NCBI GenBank assembly: GCA_023920165.1
Contig: CP089274.1
Location: 1,426,001 to 1,490,000, forward strand
Source of the DNA: Curvularia clavata
Taxonomy: Eukaryota
DNA length: 64,000 nt
Direction: 5' to 3'
Shown: positions 13,229-26,828 of the stretch, piece after piece
Layout: every line of letters starts with the position of its first letter
How positions within the stretch are numbered: the first letter of the stretch is position 1
The notes under the pieces: model-generated
The model's database searches: none
Told to the model about the DNA's origin: nothing
The model's input: only the letters and a program-made list of their open reading frames with translations
Program-made: the position numbers and the translations under genes

Positions 13229-14515
13229 GACGGTGGTGACGATGGTGACGTAGGTGGAGTTGACTGTCGTGAGCCGCACCCGCAGAGCCAAAGGGCATGT
13301 GAGTTGGATGGTAAATACTTTTTTGAAGCAATTGCACAAACAAAACGAGGGCAGCAGGGCAAGACTGGCGCAGGGCAGTGCGGGGAAGAAGGGAGAAAGA
13401 ACGAGGGCCTGTGAGCAAAAGGGACCCAGGACGGCAAGCGGAAAGTATATCACTTGAGCACGCGTTCAAGAGGGCGTGTGATAACGCAGCTAGATCGTAG
13501 TTCGAGATCGAGGCGGGCACTAGGCTGGGGGCAGCAGAAATGCACCAGCTACAGAAGCGGCAGTCGTGTGCGTGAATCTAGCTGACCCCTGTGCAGCGCT
13601 GGCGACGATTGGCATTCTCACAGCAGCCACGGCGCAGCGCAGCGGTGCAGATGGACGGAGACATGAAGCCCTGTGCACGTACATGCACAAGGTGACCGGT
13701 AGCAGCCGCGCCGTGTGTTTGCAGGCCCGACCCTGGTGCTGGGGGCGATGCTGTGAACCCAGCCGGCTGCCAGGCACCTGAAGCCACACAAAGCCGTGTC
13801 GGGTTTTGCTGGGGTGTGGTAGGCAGGGATGCGTGGCTGAATCGATCGGCCAGACCTCGAAGCGATCTGCATCGGGTTGAAAGCGGGCTAGAAAGATCTG
13901 GCGGCGCTGGCAAGCCGATGATGACAGCTTGCTAGCACTTGGTAATCAAGATCCTGCACGATATAGCGCCGCAGCGATAGCGTCGGCACCACGACGGCCG
14001 GCGCAGGGCGCCATTCCCTACTGGATGGACGAGTACTCTCTGTGCATTATTATGTACATGTAGACGGGCGGATGGATGGCCTGGCATCGAGTTTAGCGGC
14101 GCGGTACGTGGTGTGCTACGGATGCGTGTTTCTTTCACCGCCAGCCAGGTGGCACTTTGAAACGTCGAGCGGGCGACAGCAAGCAGACAGCCACGGCAAC
14201 ATCGGGCCCTTGCGGCGGGACGTCTGATGAGCGGGCGAGGCGCGAGGGAGCGTGGCGTTTGTCATTGTGTGCGAGGCGGCGATGTCATGTCGTAGTAGAG
14301 GAGCAGGGCAGCTAGTGTTTCAGCAAGGGCGTGTCACAAGGCCGATTGACGAGCCCGAGCAACGGCAACGCTCACACGATCCTAGCGCGGGGCCCGAGCG
14401 CCTCCAATTCGCTTTTTCCAAGCTTTGCAGACAACGTCGACGGTCCTGCTGGATGCTGTATACGCGCCACACCGCACCTTGGCCTGCTAGCAATCTGGAA
14501 TTGGCCGCTGTGTAA

Positions 14516-16244
14516 ATGAGGTGCATCCTGCGTCCGACAGTCCGCCCCCTCCGCCCCCACCTTGCGGCACGGAACCGGGGCGCGGCTCTATCTTCATGTC
14601 GTCCTCGCTGCAGTTCGACTTTCCGCCCCAGCACTATCGCTGAGCTGCTGAGACCCTCTGCACAGTCGCCCTCTGGACAGCTGCCGGTACCGGATAGTGG
14701 GACGCTGACGCTCAACGGCTACGTGCGTACAGTGCGCAAGCAGAAGCGAGTTGCATTCGCTGCCTTGGGAGACGGCTCCACCTTGCAGACGGTCCAAGCC
14801 GTCCTCCCTCCCCAGCTGGCTGAAGGGTCAGTGACTTTCTCTGCTTCCTGCCCGCGTGCTGACAGAGTCCTCTCTCAGGCTATCCACCGGCGTGGCACTA
14901 ACAGCCACCGGGAAATGGACGCCTTCGCCAGGCCAGGGACAGTCGCATGAACTCCAGGTGACCCATGTGCGCATCTTGGGAGAAAACGATGCTCCAGTGA
15001 GTCTGTCACCATGACCCGTAGTGACCGTCTTCACCCATCTGATTGGCCTTACTCCGTCCTAGACCTACCCAATCCAGAAGAAGTACCAGACGCCCGAGTT
15101 TCTTCGGACGCTGCCTCATCTGCGAAGCCGACTGCCCTTCAACTCGCTTGTCCTGCGCTTGAGGTCGCTGGTCACTGCTCACGTGACAAACTACTTTGCC
15201 AAACATGACTTTGTCCAATGTCACCCACCAATCATCACATCCTCTGACTGCGAGGGAGCAGGCGAGGTCTTCACCATCGCGCCTGGAGCATCATCTGAGA
15301 AAGACAAAGCCCCTTCGAACCAGGCCCAGCCGCCTCAGGACCTGTTTTTTGGTTCTCCAAAGTACTTGACCGTCTCTAGCCAGCTCCACCTCGAAGCTCT
15401 GGCCCAGTCGGTGAACAAAGTCTGGACTCTCTCTCCTACCTTCCGTGCCGAGAAGAGTGACACGGCACGCCATCTTAGTGAATTCTACATGTTGGAGGCA
15501 GAAATGGCGTTTGTCGACGACGTACATGTCGTCATGGACACGGTAGAGGACATGCTGCGCTCCGTTGCCTCCGAACTACAAGCATCAGCCGTAGGTCAGG
15601 AGCTCCTAGAAGCGCGGACGCGGGACCAGGAACAAGAGAGTGCATCCGTGTCGCACGCGGCGCTCGCACAACGGTGGCAAGGGCTAATAGCTGGGCCGTG
15701 GCCAAGAATCACATACAAGGCTGCCGTGGAGCACCTCAAGGACGCCGTATCTCAAGGCAAGGTGAAGTTTGAATATGCACCTGGTCATGAAGACGGCCTC
15801 CAGACCGAACATGAACGTTTCCTGGCAGAAAGTATGGGAAACGGTGGACCCATTTTCGTCACTGACTACCCACGTAACATCAAGCCATTCTACATGGCGC
15901 CGTCCACTGGTACAGCAGCTGAAGACAGCGCAGCACCAACGGTTGCGTGCTTCGATTTACTCGTACCTGAGATTTGTGAACTTGTGGGGGGTTCCATGCG
16001 TGAACACAGACTACCTGAGCTTCTCCAGTCCATGGACGAGCACGGCCTGCGACATACCAAGGATGAATCTGCCGACGCATCAGAGGGCTCCCTACAGTGG
16101 TATCTAGATCTCCGGAGATATGGCAGCGTGCCGCATGGGGGCTTTGGCCTTGGCTTCGATCGACTCCTGTGCTACCTCGCGGGCATTTCCAATATCAGAG
16201 ATGTTGTCAGCTTTCCCCGGTGGCACAAGCGGTGCGACTGCTAA
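14516..16244 (+). CDS. SLM5: Mitochondrial asparaginyl-tRNA synthetase
   Basis: Arg-rich presequence, OB fold (GYVRTVRKQK), ITSSDCEGAGEVF, LTVSSQLHLE, PTFRAEKSDTARHLSEFYMLEAE and PHGGFGLGFDR; introns 14827-14878 and 14997-15062. Confidence 0.95.
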
Positions 16245-16746
16245 TGCGCACTTGAAATTGAAGGACCTTCAGTATCGCGGATCACGGCATCATCAAGCGT
16301 TGGCCAACATGCCTCTCTGTAACGTGCCATGGACGCTGGCGAGGGAATGATTGCTTGTTGTAGTGCATCGAGACCGAGGGCCCATTGTACCTGTGCGCTC
16401 CAAACACATTTGCTCCAGATCCATACGTAGGCCATAGCCCCACCGACTGCTGGACAATGCCAAATATCAAAACCCATCTTCAATATTTTAGCAACATCTG
16501 CTACCTGTGTTTGCTATGATTCCCGCAATGGCGAAATGTTACTCATCGAGCCGCACTTTGTCATCCGGGGTAGTCGAGACCTCCGCCGCCTTATCCGTGC
16601 CGGGATTCGGAGTTAATCAGCTTGAGGGTCCAGAATACGCTACCAGGCGCCGTTGGCAACGAGGTGGGGTAGCAGAGTCATGCTGCACCACTCAACATAG
16701 GCCTTTGTACACTTGCACGTATCCTACGTCTTCAAGTAATAGGTGG

Positions 16747-16960
16747 CTTCCACAACCAGTAAGATTGGAAATTCAAAACGAGCTCATCTACAAAGACAGC
16801 CATCTATTACCGCGGTGACAGCCTGTGACAACTACAGCTCCTTTTAAAAGTTAGACTCACAAGTGCTAAGAACACAGCAAACAATGAACAACTGTGACAA
16901 CTACGGCTACTTTTAAAGTGGATAGGCCGCTATTTTCCGGCTTCACCAGCTGTGGGAGAG
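16747..16960. mobile_element. Degenerate MITE-like element, copy A
   Basis: The 5' end CTTCCACAACCAGTAAGATTGGAAAT is an imperfect inverted repeat of the 3' end ATTTTCCGGCTTCACCAGCTGTGGGAG. Internal GTGACAACTAC.GCT.CTTTTAAA motif occurs twice (16825, 16894). Homologous to 19228 and 49525. Confidence 0.6.
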
Positions 16961-16993
16961 GGCGGTGGCTGGCCTGAACTACAAGCGGAGATG

Positions 16994-17002
16994 ATCTGAT
17001 AA
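16994..17002 (+). promoter_or_regulatory. ATCTGATAA, SreA/Fep1-type iron-responsive GATA site
   Basis: Exact ATCWGATAA match ~530 bp upstream of the mitoferrin start codon, followed immediately by a second GATA. Confidence 0.55.
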
Positions 17003-17527
17003 GATACCACCAGCACCCAACGAAATTCCCCTCTACTACCCGTCTTTCACGCAGGTTGTCGCTGGGACTAGCGGGCGCATTCATGATGCACTACGTAGCT
17101 TTCCGCCGCCACTCGCAGAATGATGTTGCATGCCTTTGCAGTGATTGCGCCAGCTGGCCACTTGGGAGTGTCGGAGACCATGCCTGTCTTTTTGTATGCG
17201 CCAGCCTAATTTATTTGCCAGTAGACTGTAGAGAGTGTGACTACGGAGCTCCGGCCTCGCAGCTGCTGATAGCACGGTACATTGAGGGTAGGCCGGAGGA
17301 AACGCCCCAGCTCATCGGGGATTAGGTCTGACGTCTCGGCGTTCGGCTGAAGTCATCTCGCGCTTCCGTTAGTTGCAAACAAAAGTGACAACTTCAAATT
17401 CGGACCAACGCCCACCCACCGCCGTCGCCCCTCTCGCAGCGCTCTGGGAGTCCTCACGAATCCTCCGCAGGCAGTCCTCATCGAAACCGCAAAACTGGAA
17501 TCCGCGGCGCCTGTAGCCGGCCGTCTT

Positions 17528-18855
17528 ATGGCCCCCAATGATGGACCAGCGCTTCCCGTCGAAGAAGAGTTCGAGTACAGCTCCATTGCATCGCCATTCA
17601 TGACGAATGCCAATTGCTAACCTGCGCGGCAGCTATGAAGCGCTCCCACCAAACTTCTCGCTGACGGCGAACATGCTCGCGGGCGCGTTCGCGGGCGTTG
17701 CCGTACGTTCCTCGAAGTTGTCGTCATGTACTCGCCCCGGCTGACATGGAGATAGGAACACTCAGTCATGTACCCAGTCGATCTGCTCAAGGTGTGCAAT
17801 AAATCGTCGTGATTTCTCGTAGCCCTCGGACGATGCGCTGACTGTCGACAGACCAGAATGCAAATTGTAAACCCCTCCCCAAGCGCCATGTACAGTGGCA
17901 TATCCAACGCCATGGTCACTATATCGCGAGCAGAAGGATTCTGGTCGTTATGGAGGGGATTGTCTAGTGTCGTCATGGGCGCAGGTAGGCATACAACTGC
18001 AAAACTATCGCCGAATACAACTGACGGAAACTGAAGGTCCCGCGCATGCGGTTTATTTTGCATCATACGAGGCCACAAAACACGCTCTCGGTGGAAACGA
18101 GGGAGAAAGCCATGAACATCACCCTCTTGCAGCGGGTATATATTGCCACCCTCATAACCATTTCAACTACCACTTACTAACTTTCGACAGCCGCCAGTGG
18201 TGCCGCAGCCACCATCTCCAGCGATGCATTAATGAACCCGTTTGACGGTAAGGAGCACATCACCACAGTACCCTGCGCCCGCTAAATCCCGCAGTTATAA
18301 AACAGCGCATGCAAATGCACGGCTCGATATACAAGTCTGTTCCTCAATGCGCTCGAGAGGTTCTCCGCACTGAGGGCATTGGCGCATTCTACGTCTCCTA
18401 CCCCACAACATTATGCATGACAGTTCCCTTTACAGCTTTGCAGTTCATGGCATACGAATCCATCTCCAAGGTCATGAACCCTACCGGCCGATACGATCCC
18501 TACACACATTGCTTCGCTGGCGGCGTTGCTGGCGGATTTGCCGCTGGTCTCACTACACCACTCGATGTCATCAAGACGCTGCTACAAACGCGAGGAAATG
18601 CAAGGGATGTGGAGCTGAAGAATGTTTCAGGTCTGGCGCAAGCAGCCAAGATCATCTATCAGAGAGAAGGATACAGGGGGTATTTCCGTGGCTTGAAGCC
18701 TCGAATCATCACCACCATGCCCAGCACTGCAATCTGCTGGTAAGTCTCCTAGCAACTATCTGACACGGCATTGTCTAATTCAAATCAGGTCCGCCTATGA
18801 AATGGCGAAGGCTTTCTTCATTCGGAGAAGTACAAACTCATCCACTGCCATATAG
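17528..18855 (+). CDS. MRS3: Mitochondrial iron carrier (mitoferrin, Mrs3/Mrs4)
   Basis: Multi-exon gene: YEALPPNFSL..NMLAGAFAG, EHSVMYPVDLLK, GAGPAHAVYFASYE, MNPFDVIKQRMQ, FYVSYPTTLCMTVPFTALQF, TTPLDVIKTLLQTRG and MPSTAICWSAYE. Confidence 0.93.
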
Positions 18856-19227
18856 CGATATAACAATGCAGACTGGTCCTTTCCTACCCATCATGACGAT
18901 AAGCACCCAATGTCACGAAGCGTGCATTACAGATCGAACAATATACTCGCAGCCTCGCAAAGAGGAGAGGAGACCACTGTAGTACTGGGCATCGAGGACA
19001 AGGTCCATTGTTCTGTCTAGCGTGGGTGGAGCGAGAAGCCATGTGGCCACGCTTCGTACTTGACATTTTGGAGCGATGGAGGCTTTGAGGATTTTCTGAA
19101 AGCTCCATTCGGTGGTGTCTGGACACTTGGTTTTGGAGGCGCATGGTGGCTGGCGCAGATAATTGTAACATAGGAGAAATTCAAGACCGACAGCGCTCAC
19201 GATCTACAAACTGACCCTTGGATGCCT

Positions 19228-19389
19228 CTTCCACCACCACCAATGAAACTGGGAAATCGAAATAAGCCAGCAACACAGTACATGACAGATAGCCGTGACA
19301 ACTAGCGCTACTTTGAAAAGTCAAGCAACTGTTGAAAGTATGGTGGGTTTGTGGGCAGCCATTTTCCGGTTTGACAAGTTTTGGGAGAG
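19228..19389. mobile_element. Degenerate MITE-like element, copy B
   Basis: CTTCCACCACCACCAATGAAACTGGGAAAT ... GTGACAACTAGCGCTACTTTGAAAAGT ... CCATTTTCCGGTTTGACAAGTTTTGGGAGAG, collinear with copy A. Confidence 0.6.
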
Positions 19390-19788
19390 CTGGAGGTGCG
19401 TAATCGATAGACGACGGCCCGCTCGTGCTAAGGCCCTGATCACACCCCACTTTCGCATGCACATGCGCTTGTCTCGTGGATTTCCTCTTACAAGTGCGGA
19501 TGCTCTTAGGTACAAGTTGGCCCAGCTTGTTGGGCCGGGGTGCCCATGTCCCGAAAACGCCAATGCGGCAGCTTGTTTTGTTCTGTCTGGTTGCCGCTGC
19601 TCAGCCTTCAAGGTTGCGAATATGCACTGGGCAGGCGACCTACGTCACACACCCACGCGAGCTAACACCGGCGCATGCCACAGACGAGCCTACCAATACC
19701 AATCCAAGTCCTGGCGACTGACAACTTATTCCTGTATCGGTACCCTACACCAGCTCGAATTGGGCGCGCAACATCCTGTACCTTCGCT

Positions 19789-22302
19789 ATGCGCGCAAAC
19801 ACCACTCAGAAAGCCTACGACGAGGCTTTCCTAGCCTGCTCGACTGCAGTGTACTTTGAGAGCCAGGTTAGCGCCCCCCTTCGACCCAACAAATGTCGCA
19901 TGTGAAAAGGCATGCTGAGCAAAACAACGTAGAACAACGAGCCAGAAGCGCTGCGATCTTGGAAGACCGCCCTCGACCATATCAACTACCATAATGCTCG
20001 TCGCAACCCGTCCACGTACCGCCCCGCAACTGAAACAGAGCGAGCGCTCATCGAATCGCTGCGTCAGCTGGAGCTGCAATGCAAGGAGCGCGTAGATCTG
20101 TTGGAAGCCCTGAAACAAAGTCGAGAGGATTCTAAAGAGAGCCTGGCGTCAGTGTCATCTGATACAAACGTGTTGGCCGAGGCATCCCATGGAGCAGCGC
20201 AGTCACCAAACGGTGCAAATACATCTTCTTCATGGCTCGGAGGAGGATCTATACCGCCGATAGAGTACACTGACCTTTCAAGACCACCGCTACCCTATCG
20301 CCCCTCAATGGCACCTCGCAGAAGTTCTGGGAATGGGTCTGCACGAGAGAACAGTCTGTCGCGGACCGGGGGCACGCCGGTTCTGTCCCCAGCGCCTGTA
20401 GGCGATGGAAATACGCGTACACCGTCGCCGGAGAAAAGTGGGAGGTTGTTACGGACACTTAGACCTGGAAGGGAGGGTAAGCCATCGTCGGCGAAGATGC
20501 CCAACACTTTGAGAACCCGTCCCGATGCTTCAAAAGCAGCTACTCAGGCATGGACTGTCAGGACTACATCGACTTCCAACCGCCCGGCTTTGGGTCCGTC
20601 AAATCCATCGACATCTTCAGTGATCGCCTCGGTACGCTCGCTGAGCGATAACTTGGGTACTGACAAGCCGAGCGCTACTTCGAGCTTGCCTTCACAGCTG
20701 CCTTCTGCACAAACACCTCTTCATTGTAAGGCTGGCGAGGACCATACACTCAGTACTCATGCAACTCCAGCACCTGTTAGCGACATCGAGTCCCCGTCCG
20801 TTAGGACTAGAGTTTCCGACCGGACAGCACCTCCAATTCCTCGAAGATCAGTAGATTCAAGTCGAATGATGGGCGCACCATTAGCGAGCACTGTGCTGCC
20901 TTCGTATCGAAATGAATATCCCAGGACCATACCTGATCCACGTAACCTGGCTGCATCGGCGGCGGCACACTCATATGGTGACAATAACGGTGGTGAGAGA
21001 GGAGGCGGGAAGGGGAGTGTCATGTGGGATCCAACTACACGGCGGCTAGTCCCAAAGCCTACAAACAGTAATGCGCGCGTGCGCACTGGTTCCGACCAGG
21101 AAGATGCACCTGAGCCCATAGCACTAGAAACGGACAGCGACATGGTCAAGCAAAGGCGTTCTCCTGTACGAAAGGGCAGAGCCAGAGGCAATTCAATGCG
21201 TGCAGAGCTCCCTGATACTCCAAGCATGGACAGCACCGAGGCTGAATCAGAACCAGAAGAGACGGATGAGTGGAAACGACGGACCGAGGAAATTATGAAG
21301 AATCTTCCACGAGGGGTCGACAAACAAGCAGCGCAGCAGATCCTGAACGAGATTGTGATACAAGGAGACGAAGTACACTGGGACGACGTATCCGGATTGG
21401 AGGTAGCAAAATCAGCATTGAAGGAAACGGTTGTTTACCCGTTTCTGAGGCCGGATCTGTTCATGGGCTTGCGAGAGCCAGCACGTGGTATGCTTCTCTT
21501 TGGACCCCCAGGGACTGGAAAGACAATGTTGGCAAGGGCCGTGGCAACTGAGTCAAAGTCGACGTTTTTTGCAATCTCTGCGAGCAGTCTCACATCAAAA
21601 TTTCTAGGCGAATCGGAAAAACTTGTTCGTGCGCTGTTCCAGCTAGCCAAGATGCTGGCGCCCTCAATCATTTTTGTCGACGAGATTGATTCACTCCTTT
21701 CGTCACGTTCTGGCTCTGGCGAACACGAGGCAACGCGCCGTATCAAGACCGAATTTCTTATCCAGTGGTCGGATCTACAAAAGGCAGCTGCTGGCAGTGC
21801 CGTCACCGAGAAGGAGAAAGAGAAGGGCGACGCTAGCAGGGTGCTTGTGCTTGCCGCAACAAATCTTCCGTGGGCTATTGACGAGGCGGCGAGACGAAGA
21901 TTCGTAAGGAGACAATATATCCCACTTCCTGAAGACTGGGTCCGGAAGCAGCAAATCAAGACGTTGTTGAGTCACCAGAAGCATGAGCTTAGCGAACGGG
22001 ACCTGGATCGTCTGGTCCAGCTTACTGAAGGTACGCATATAAAATATGTCCATCGTGAGTGTAGAGCTAACATGATGGAAGGCTTCTCTGGGTCTGACAT
22101 AACAGCGCTTGCGAAGGATGCTGCCATGGGCCCGCTACGCTCGCTAGGAGAGAAGCTGCTTTCTATGACTATGGACCAAATACGGCCGATACAGTATCAA
22201 GACTTTGTGGCCAGTCTGCAGACTATCCGACCATCTGTCAGTAAGCAAGGGCTGAAGGAATTTGAGGATTGGGCTGCACAGTATGGTGAGCGCGGGGGTT
22301 GA
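19789..22302 (+). CDS. Meiotic-clade AAA+ ATPase (spastin/fidgetin-like; Yta6/Sap1 homolog)
   Basis: [36 protein letters not shown] and a Vps4_C-like tail; introns 19867-19932 and 22031-22081. Confidence 0.92.
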
Positions 22303-22575
22303 GCATTCCGCCGAGTACTGCATTATAGCAGGCGTGTGTATGATAGTGCAGTCTTTCTTAAAAGCACCAGAAATATTAGATTCTGAATTTTACTATCGAT
22401 AGAAATTAGGGTGATCAGGTGCGGGCTCCTGCCTCGGTCAAGGGTGCTCCTTCCTCATGGGATATGTTTGTGATTTAGCGCTATTTCATATCAAGACACT
22501 CGCCTTTTTCGACTTCACATCACTAAATCCTTACATCTATTTTCCCCATTCACACTGATTTATCTTGACCATTAC

Positions 22576-23617
22576 ATGATGGCGCCGCGAAAGAAGACCG
22601 AAGAAAAAGCCTCGGGCAATGAAGCTACAGACATGGTGCTGCAATACCTGCGTGAGGTCATTCATACACGCGCACCACACGTCCTGCCAGCGCTCTTACT
22701 CCGACCGCACACAATTCTCTACTTATCTTTTGTCACACTAACAAGTCCTCTCTAGGAAGGCAAAACAGGCCCTACTCTGCAATTGATGTGTCCGCCAACC
22801 TCCACAACAAAGTAACCAAGAGTGTGTATAGCGCTCTTTCCTCTGGTCGATCCAAGCGATACTAATGGCAAGTGCAGCCGCAGCAGCAAAGATTCTGAAA
22901 GACTTGCACGAGCAGAAGCTCATTGAAGGGCGAGCAGCGGGTACGTCATTCTTTCTTAGTTTCTTTCTTGACTCCATGTCTGCTGCATTATATACTGACA
23001 CATATCGCCCGTAGGAAAACAAATCGTATATCACGCACTGCAGGTACTTATTTCTCCCTTTCAACTCCTCTTCTTTCATCTTTCTTCCTTCATCTTACCA
23101 AATCCCGTCAAGGACGCCGCAGACACGTGCACGACAGAGCAACTCGCTGCTCTCGACGCCCGCATCTCTGATCTCCACGCGCAAACCGCGGCACTGAACG
23201 CGAATGCCAAAACGTTGCGTGCCACGCTGGCAGAGCTCAATTCAACGCTGAGCACAGCTGATTTGGTTGCGGGCGTGAGTGCGTTGGAGAAGGAGAAAGA
23301 GGAGATTGAGCAAAGACTGGATGGTTTGGGGAAGGGGAAGGCGAGGCTGGTGAGTTGTTTGTCCTTCTTGTCTCCTCTAGTTCTCTCAGCACCTGACACG
23401 GAATGAAAAATACAGAGTATACATGCTAACAGCGTTGATTTGTCTACAGGTCACGGCTGAGGAGCGCGAGGCGATTAACATGACGTGGAAGAAGAGCATT
23501 AAAGTGGCGAAAAATAGAGAGAAGATTGTGCGGGACATGTGGAAGATTATTGCTGACAATCTACCGGACGATGAGGTGAGGGAGGAGCATAGGGAGATGT
23601 TTGATCTGGATGGTTAG
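22576..23617 (+). CDS. HOP2: Meiotic homologous-pairing protein Hop2 (TBPIP)
   Basis: Spliced product MAPRKK..VLQYLRRQNRPYSAIDVSANLHNKVTK..GKQIVYHALQ followed by a coiled coil; five introns. Confidence 0.9.
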
Positions 23618-23990
23618 TAGGAGGCATATGTGTAGGCATGTTCAAGTCGGCTGGATGCGACAGTCGATGAAGCGACGATACTATACAACCACTGGAAATT
23701 GTCAAGGGTAAGGTGAACATATGGTGGAGAATTTCCAGGCAAAACGCGTCATATTAAGTCATCAATCGTTTTAAGAATGACGATGGTTCTTCCTTCTTCA
23801 TCATAGCCATTATATACAATCATCTATCCAGAATCTCTCTCATTTTGATAAATATCATGCAAACGCCCATATGATGCGAGTGTATGCCGATCAAGAAGTC
23901 AAGAAACAAGATAGCCAGAGATATCCTTGGTACGCCAAAAAAAAGGGCAGATTAAGCGGAAAAAGATAAGATGGAAAGAGGTGGATGAAA

Positions 23991-26202
23991 TCAATATCCA
24001 TCTCTACCACCTCTCTGATAGGAAAAGGAGCCACGGAGGTCATTTCTTACCTCCTCGGACAGGGTATCTTGTTCGTCAAGGTCGTCGAGGGCATCGCTTA
24101 CATGGGCGAGTTGTGCGAGCGTTTTTGCTAGTGCGGCGCCCTCGGTGCGGCCACGATCCACGTTGACGAGGAGCATGATGGGGAAGGGCAGGCCGACGAG
24201 GAGAGCTAGGAACCAGAAGGCCTATTGGAAAACACATTAGTTTCATGGGATGTGAAAATGGTGGAAGAGGAACAAAAATGACTTACAGGTCTGATTTCCC
24301 CATATGCATCTGTGATTGCGCCTACAATGGCTGGCCCAAACACACTGCTTCCCTTGTCGGTGATGGCGTACAAGGCGTAAAAAGCCGCTTCATAGCCTGG
24401 AGGAATGAGCTCGCCGAAGAGTGCGCGGCAGTAGCTGCTGAGACCGCCTAGGACGAAACCGTAAACGGCACCCAGAGGGTACATTTCCCATTGCTGCTGC
24501 AGGCCGAGGTATCCCAGGCGCTGGATTGCGGGTATGTAGCCCAGGAGGCCGTAGAGAGGAATGGTTTCGAAGAGCAGGATGCAGAGTAAGATGGTCTGTG
24601 TGGGCGAGAGGTGGAAATAGGAAGAGACGCGTGACCAGAGGAAAGCGCCGAGGACGCCAGAGACGGTTGCAATGACGTTGATGAGGGCTAGCATGGCATA
24701 GGGCATTCCCAGTGTTGTCTTTGCAAAGAGTACGGCTGTTCCCGACACGGTGGCTATGCTGTCTGAGAGCAAGAACCAGGCTGCGAGGAAAAGCAGCACG
24801 TCCTTGAGATGACGGGCATGCGTTACTGTGCGGCCGAGCGACTTCCATGAGTAGGTAAAATAGGCAAGTGCAGTACCGAAGTTGGATGTCTGCGCGCCAA
24901 TATGCAGAGGAGGGCCGGGGCGAGGCCGGAGCCACTGCGCCGTGGGAAGAGTGAAGACGAACCACCATGCGCCGATGATGAAGAGCACCAAGCGAAGACC
25001 AAAGTTTGAGGATTTGAAGGCGATGACTACGAGGATACCGAGTGTTTGGACCAGCAGGGCAGCAATGTATCCGATGGCAATGCCGTAGGAGGAAATTTTG
25101 GTGGCAAGGGCAAGCTCTACCGAGGGGGCGGCTCCAGACTTTGCTCTTGGGATGGTCAGGTCTGCGCTTGGTGGAGTGTGGGGGAGGAGCGCCGTGGTGG
25201 CATCTGCGACTTCTTCCAATAGGCCCTCTTGTTGAGCAAGCTGGTTCGCGTAATGGGCGCCTCGGATGACATTCTCCTGGGTCGGTGTTTCTCCACCTCT
25301 TTCGTCGTCTTCCTCCGTCTCCGTTCCTGTTCCCGTTCCTGTTTCCACCTCATCCTCCCTGTCGACAAATGAGGTTGCAGCGCTGGTATCTGCGTACCTG
25401 ACCGTGGGATGGAAGCGCACCAATAGGGGGAGAAAGCTGTTGAGCAGCACGAAGCTTGCACCGAAGCATGTATTGGCGACGATTGCTAGGAAGGCGCCTA
25501 GAATATAGATCTTTGGTACTATGGGCAGAAACAGCATGGTGGATATGCTTCCAATGAATGCGAAGTAGAGGAGGAACTTCTTTCGGAACCTGCCGTGGTC
25601 TGCGGCGCCGCTCATGCTGATGATCAACAGGGCTTGGATTAGTACAGATATACTAAATGTGTACATGGCAAAGCTGGCTGTGTTGATTTGGATGCCGAGA
25701 ATGTAGACGACGCATTGTCCTTTTTCGGGGCCTGGCTTGAAGAGAGCGTCTATGGCAGAGGCGGAGGTGGAGTAACTGGGGTTCACGATGGTAGCTTTGC
25801 ATGGTGTGGAGTGGTCGGCGAGGAGGACGCCATTTTCGCGGGCAAGCTGCTCGAGGGTGACTGGTATAAAGGAGCCTATACCACAGACGACGAAGACCTG
25901 AGGGTATTGGCATTAGTGTTTGTGGTGTGTGTGGTGCAAGAGTGAAGTACCTCTGCGGCCCATCCATACATGTAGAAGCCGCGCAGCTCCTTGTCGCTAG
26001 TCAGGCGCGTGTCCTCGCCGGCATAGTGGGGCAGGTGGTCACTGGGGTCCATGTCGAAATCGTTGTGGGAAGACAGGCTCTGCTCATCGTCTGCCTCGTT
26101 GGACTGGGAGATGGAGAGGACCGAGGCCTTTGACTGCGACGAGGCATTTCGCTGGACGGGAGGTCGCTGGTAGGGCGGAAGCTCGGGCGCGCGCGGTGCC
26201 AT
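23991..26202 (-). CDS. ATG22: Vacuolar amino-acid effluxer Atg22 (MFS)
   Basis: [46 protein letters not shown] and [22 protein letters not shown]; introns ~25877-25950 and ~24223-24286. Confidence 0.95.
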
Positions 26203-26828
26203 AATCTGAGCAGGGTCTACACTAATTGGCGGAGGAGCGTCACCGCGACTGAGACATGACGATGGGAGAGGGGGGACTGGGCGGATAAATGCACGCTCAG
26301 GTGCACAACAGCACAGCACGCGCTGGAGCGGCGGGTGGTGCCCAAGCGGCCAGGAAGAGGCTAGCTGGCAGGCTGGCTGGCTGGCAGCGAGCTGGGGGAC
26401 GAGAGAGGAGTAGAGTGGTTGGGGTGGCCCGCGGGCGATCTCACCGTACGTAGTAGAGAGAGGCACAGCGGCGCCATGACAATCACCTGCGCATCTGATA
26501 ACGCATGCCCATGGCCGGCGAGCTTGCCCCTTCTCGGCTGCGTCGGCGGTACTCGACACCAGGCGGACAAGAGGACCTGACTCTCCCCCAGCTCATGTCG
26601 TGAAAGCCAGAAAATGGCCATATGTGGTCGCAGCTATCCATTGTTTCCTGTCTTCTTAGCGCTCGCGGCTGTACTTTGGAAAGCAGCTGCACTGTGTGTT
26701 ATCGTCTTGACAGCTTGTCTGTGTAGACGAGCTGGGGCTGGTTTTCTGGTTTTACTGAGCCTGCCAGCCTGACTCGTTGTTGCATATCCACCTGGATTGT
26801 ACGTTTGTATGTACTGGCGAGCGACGCA

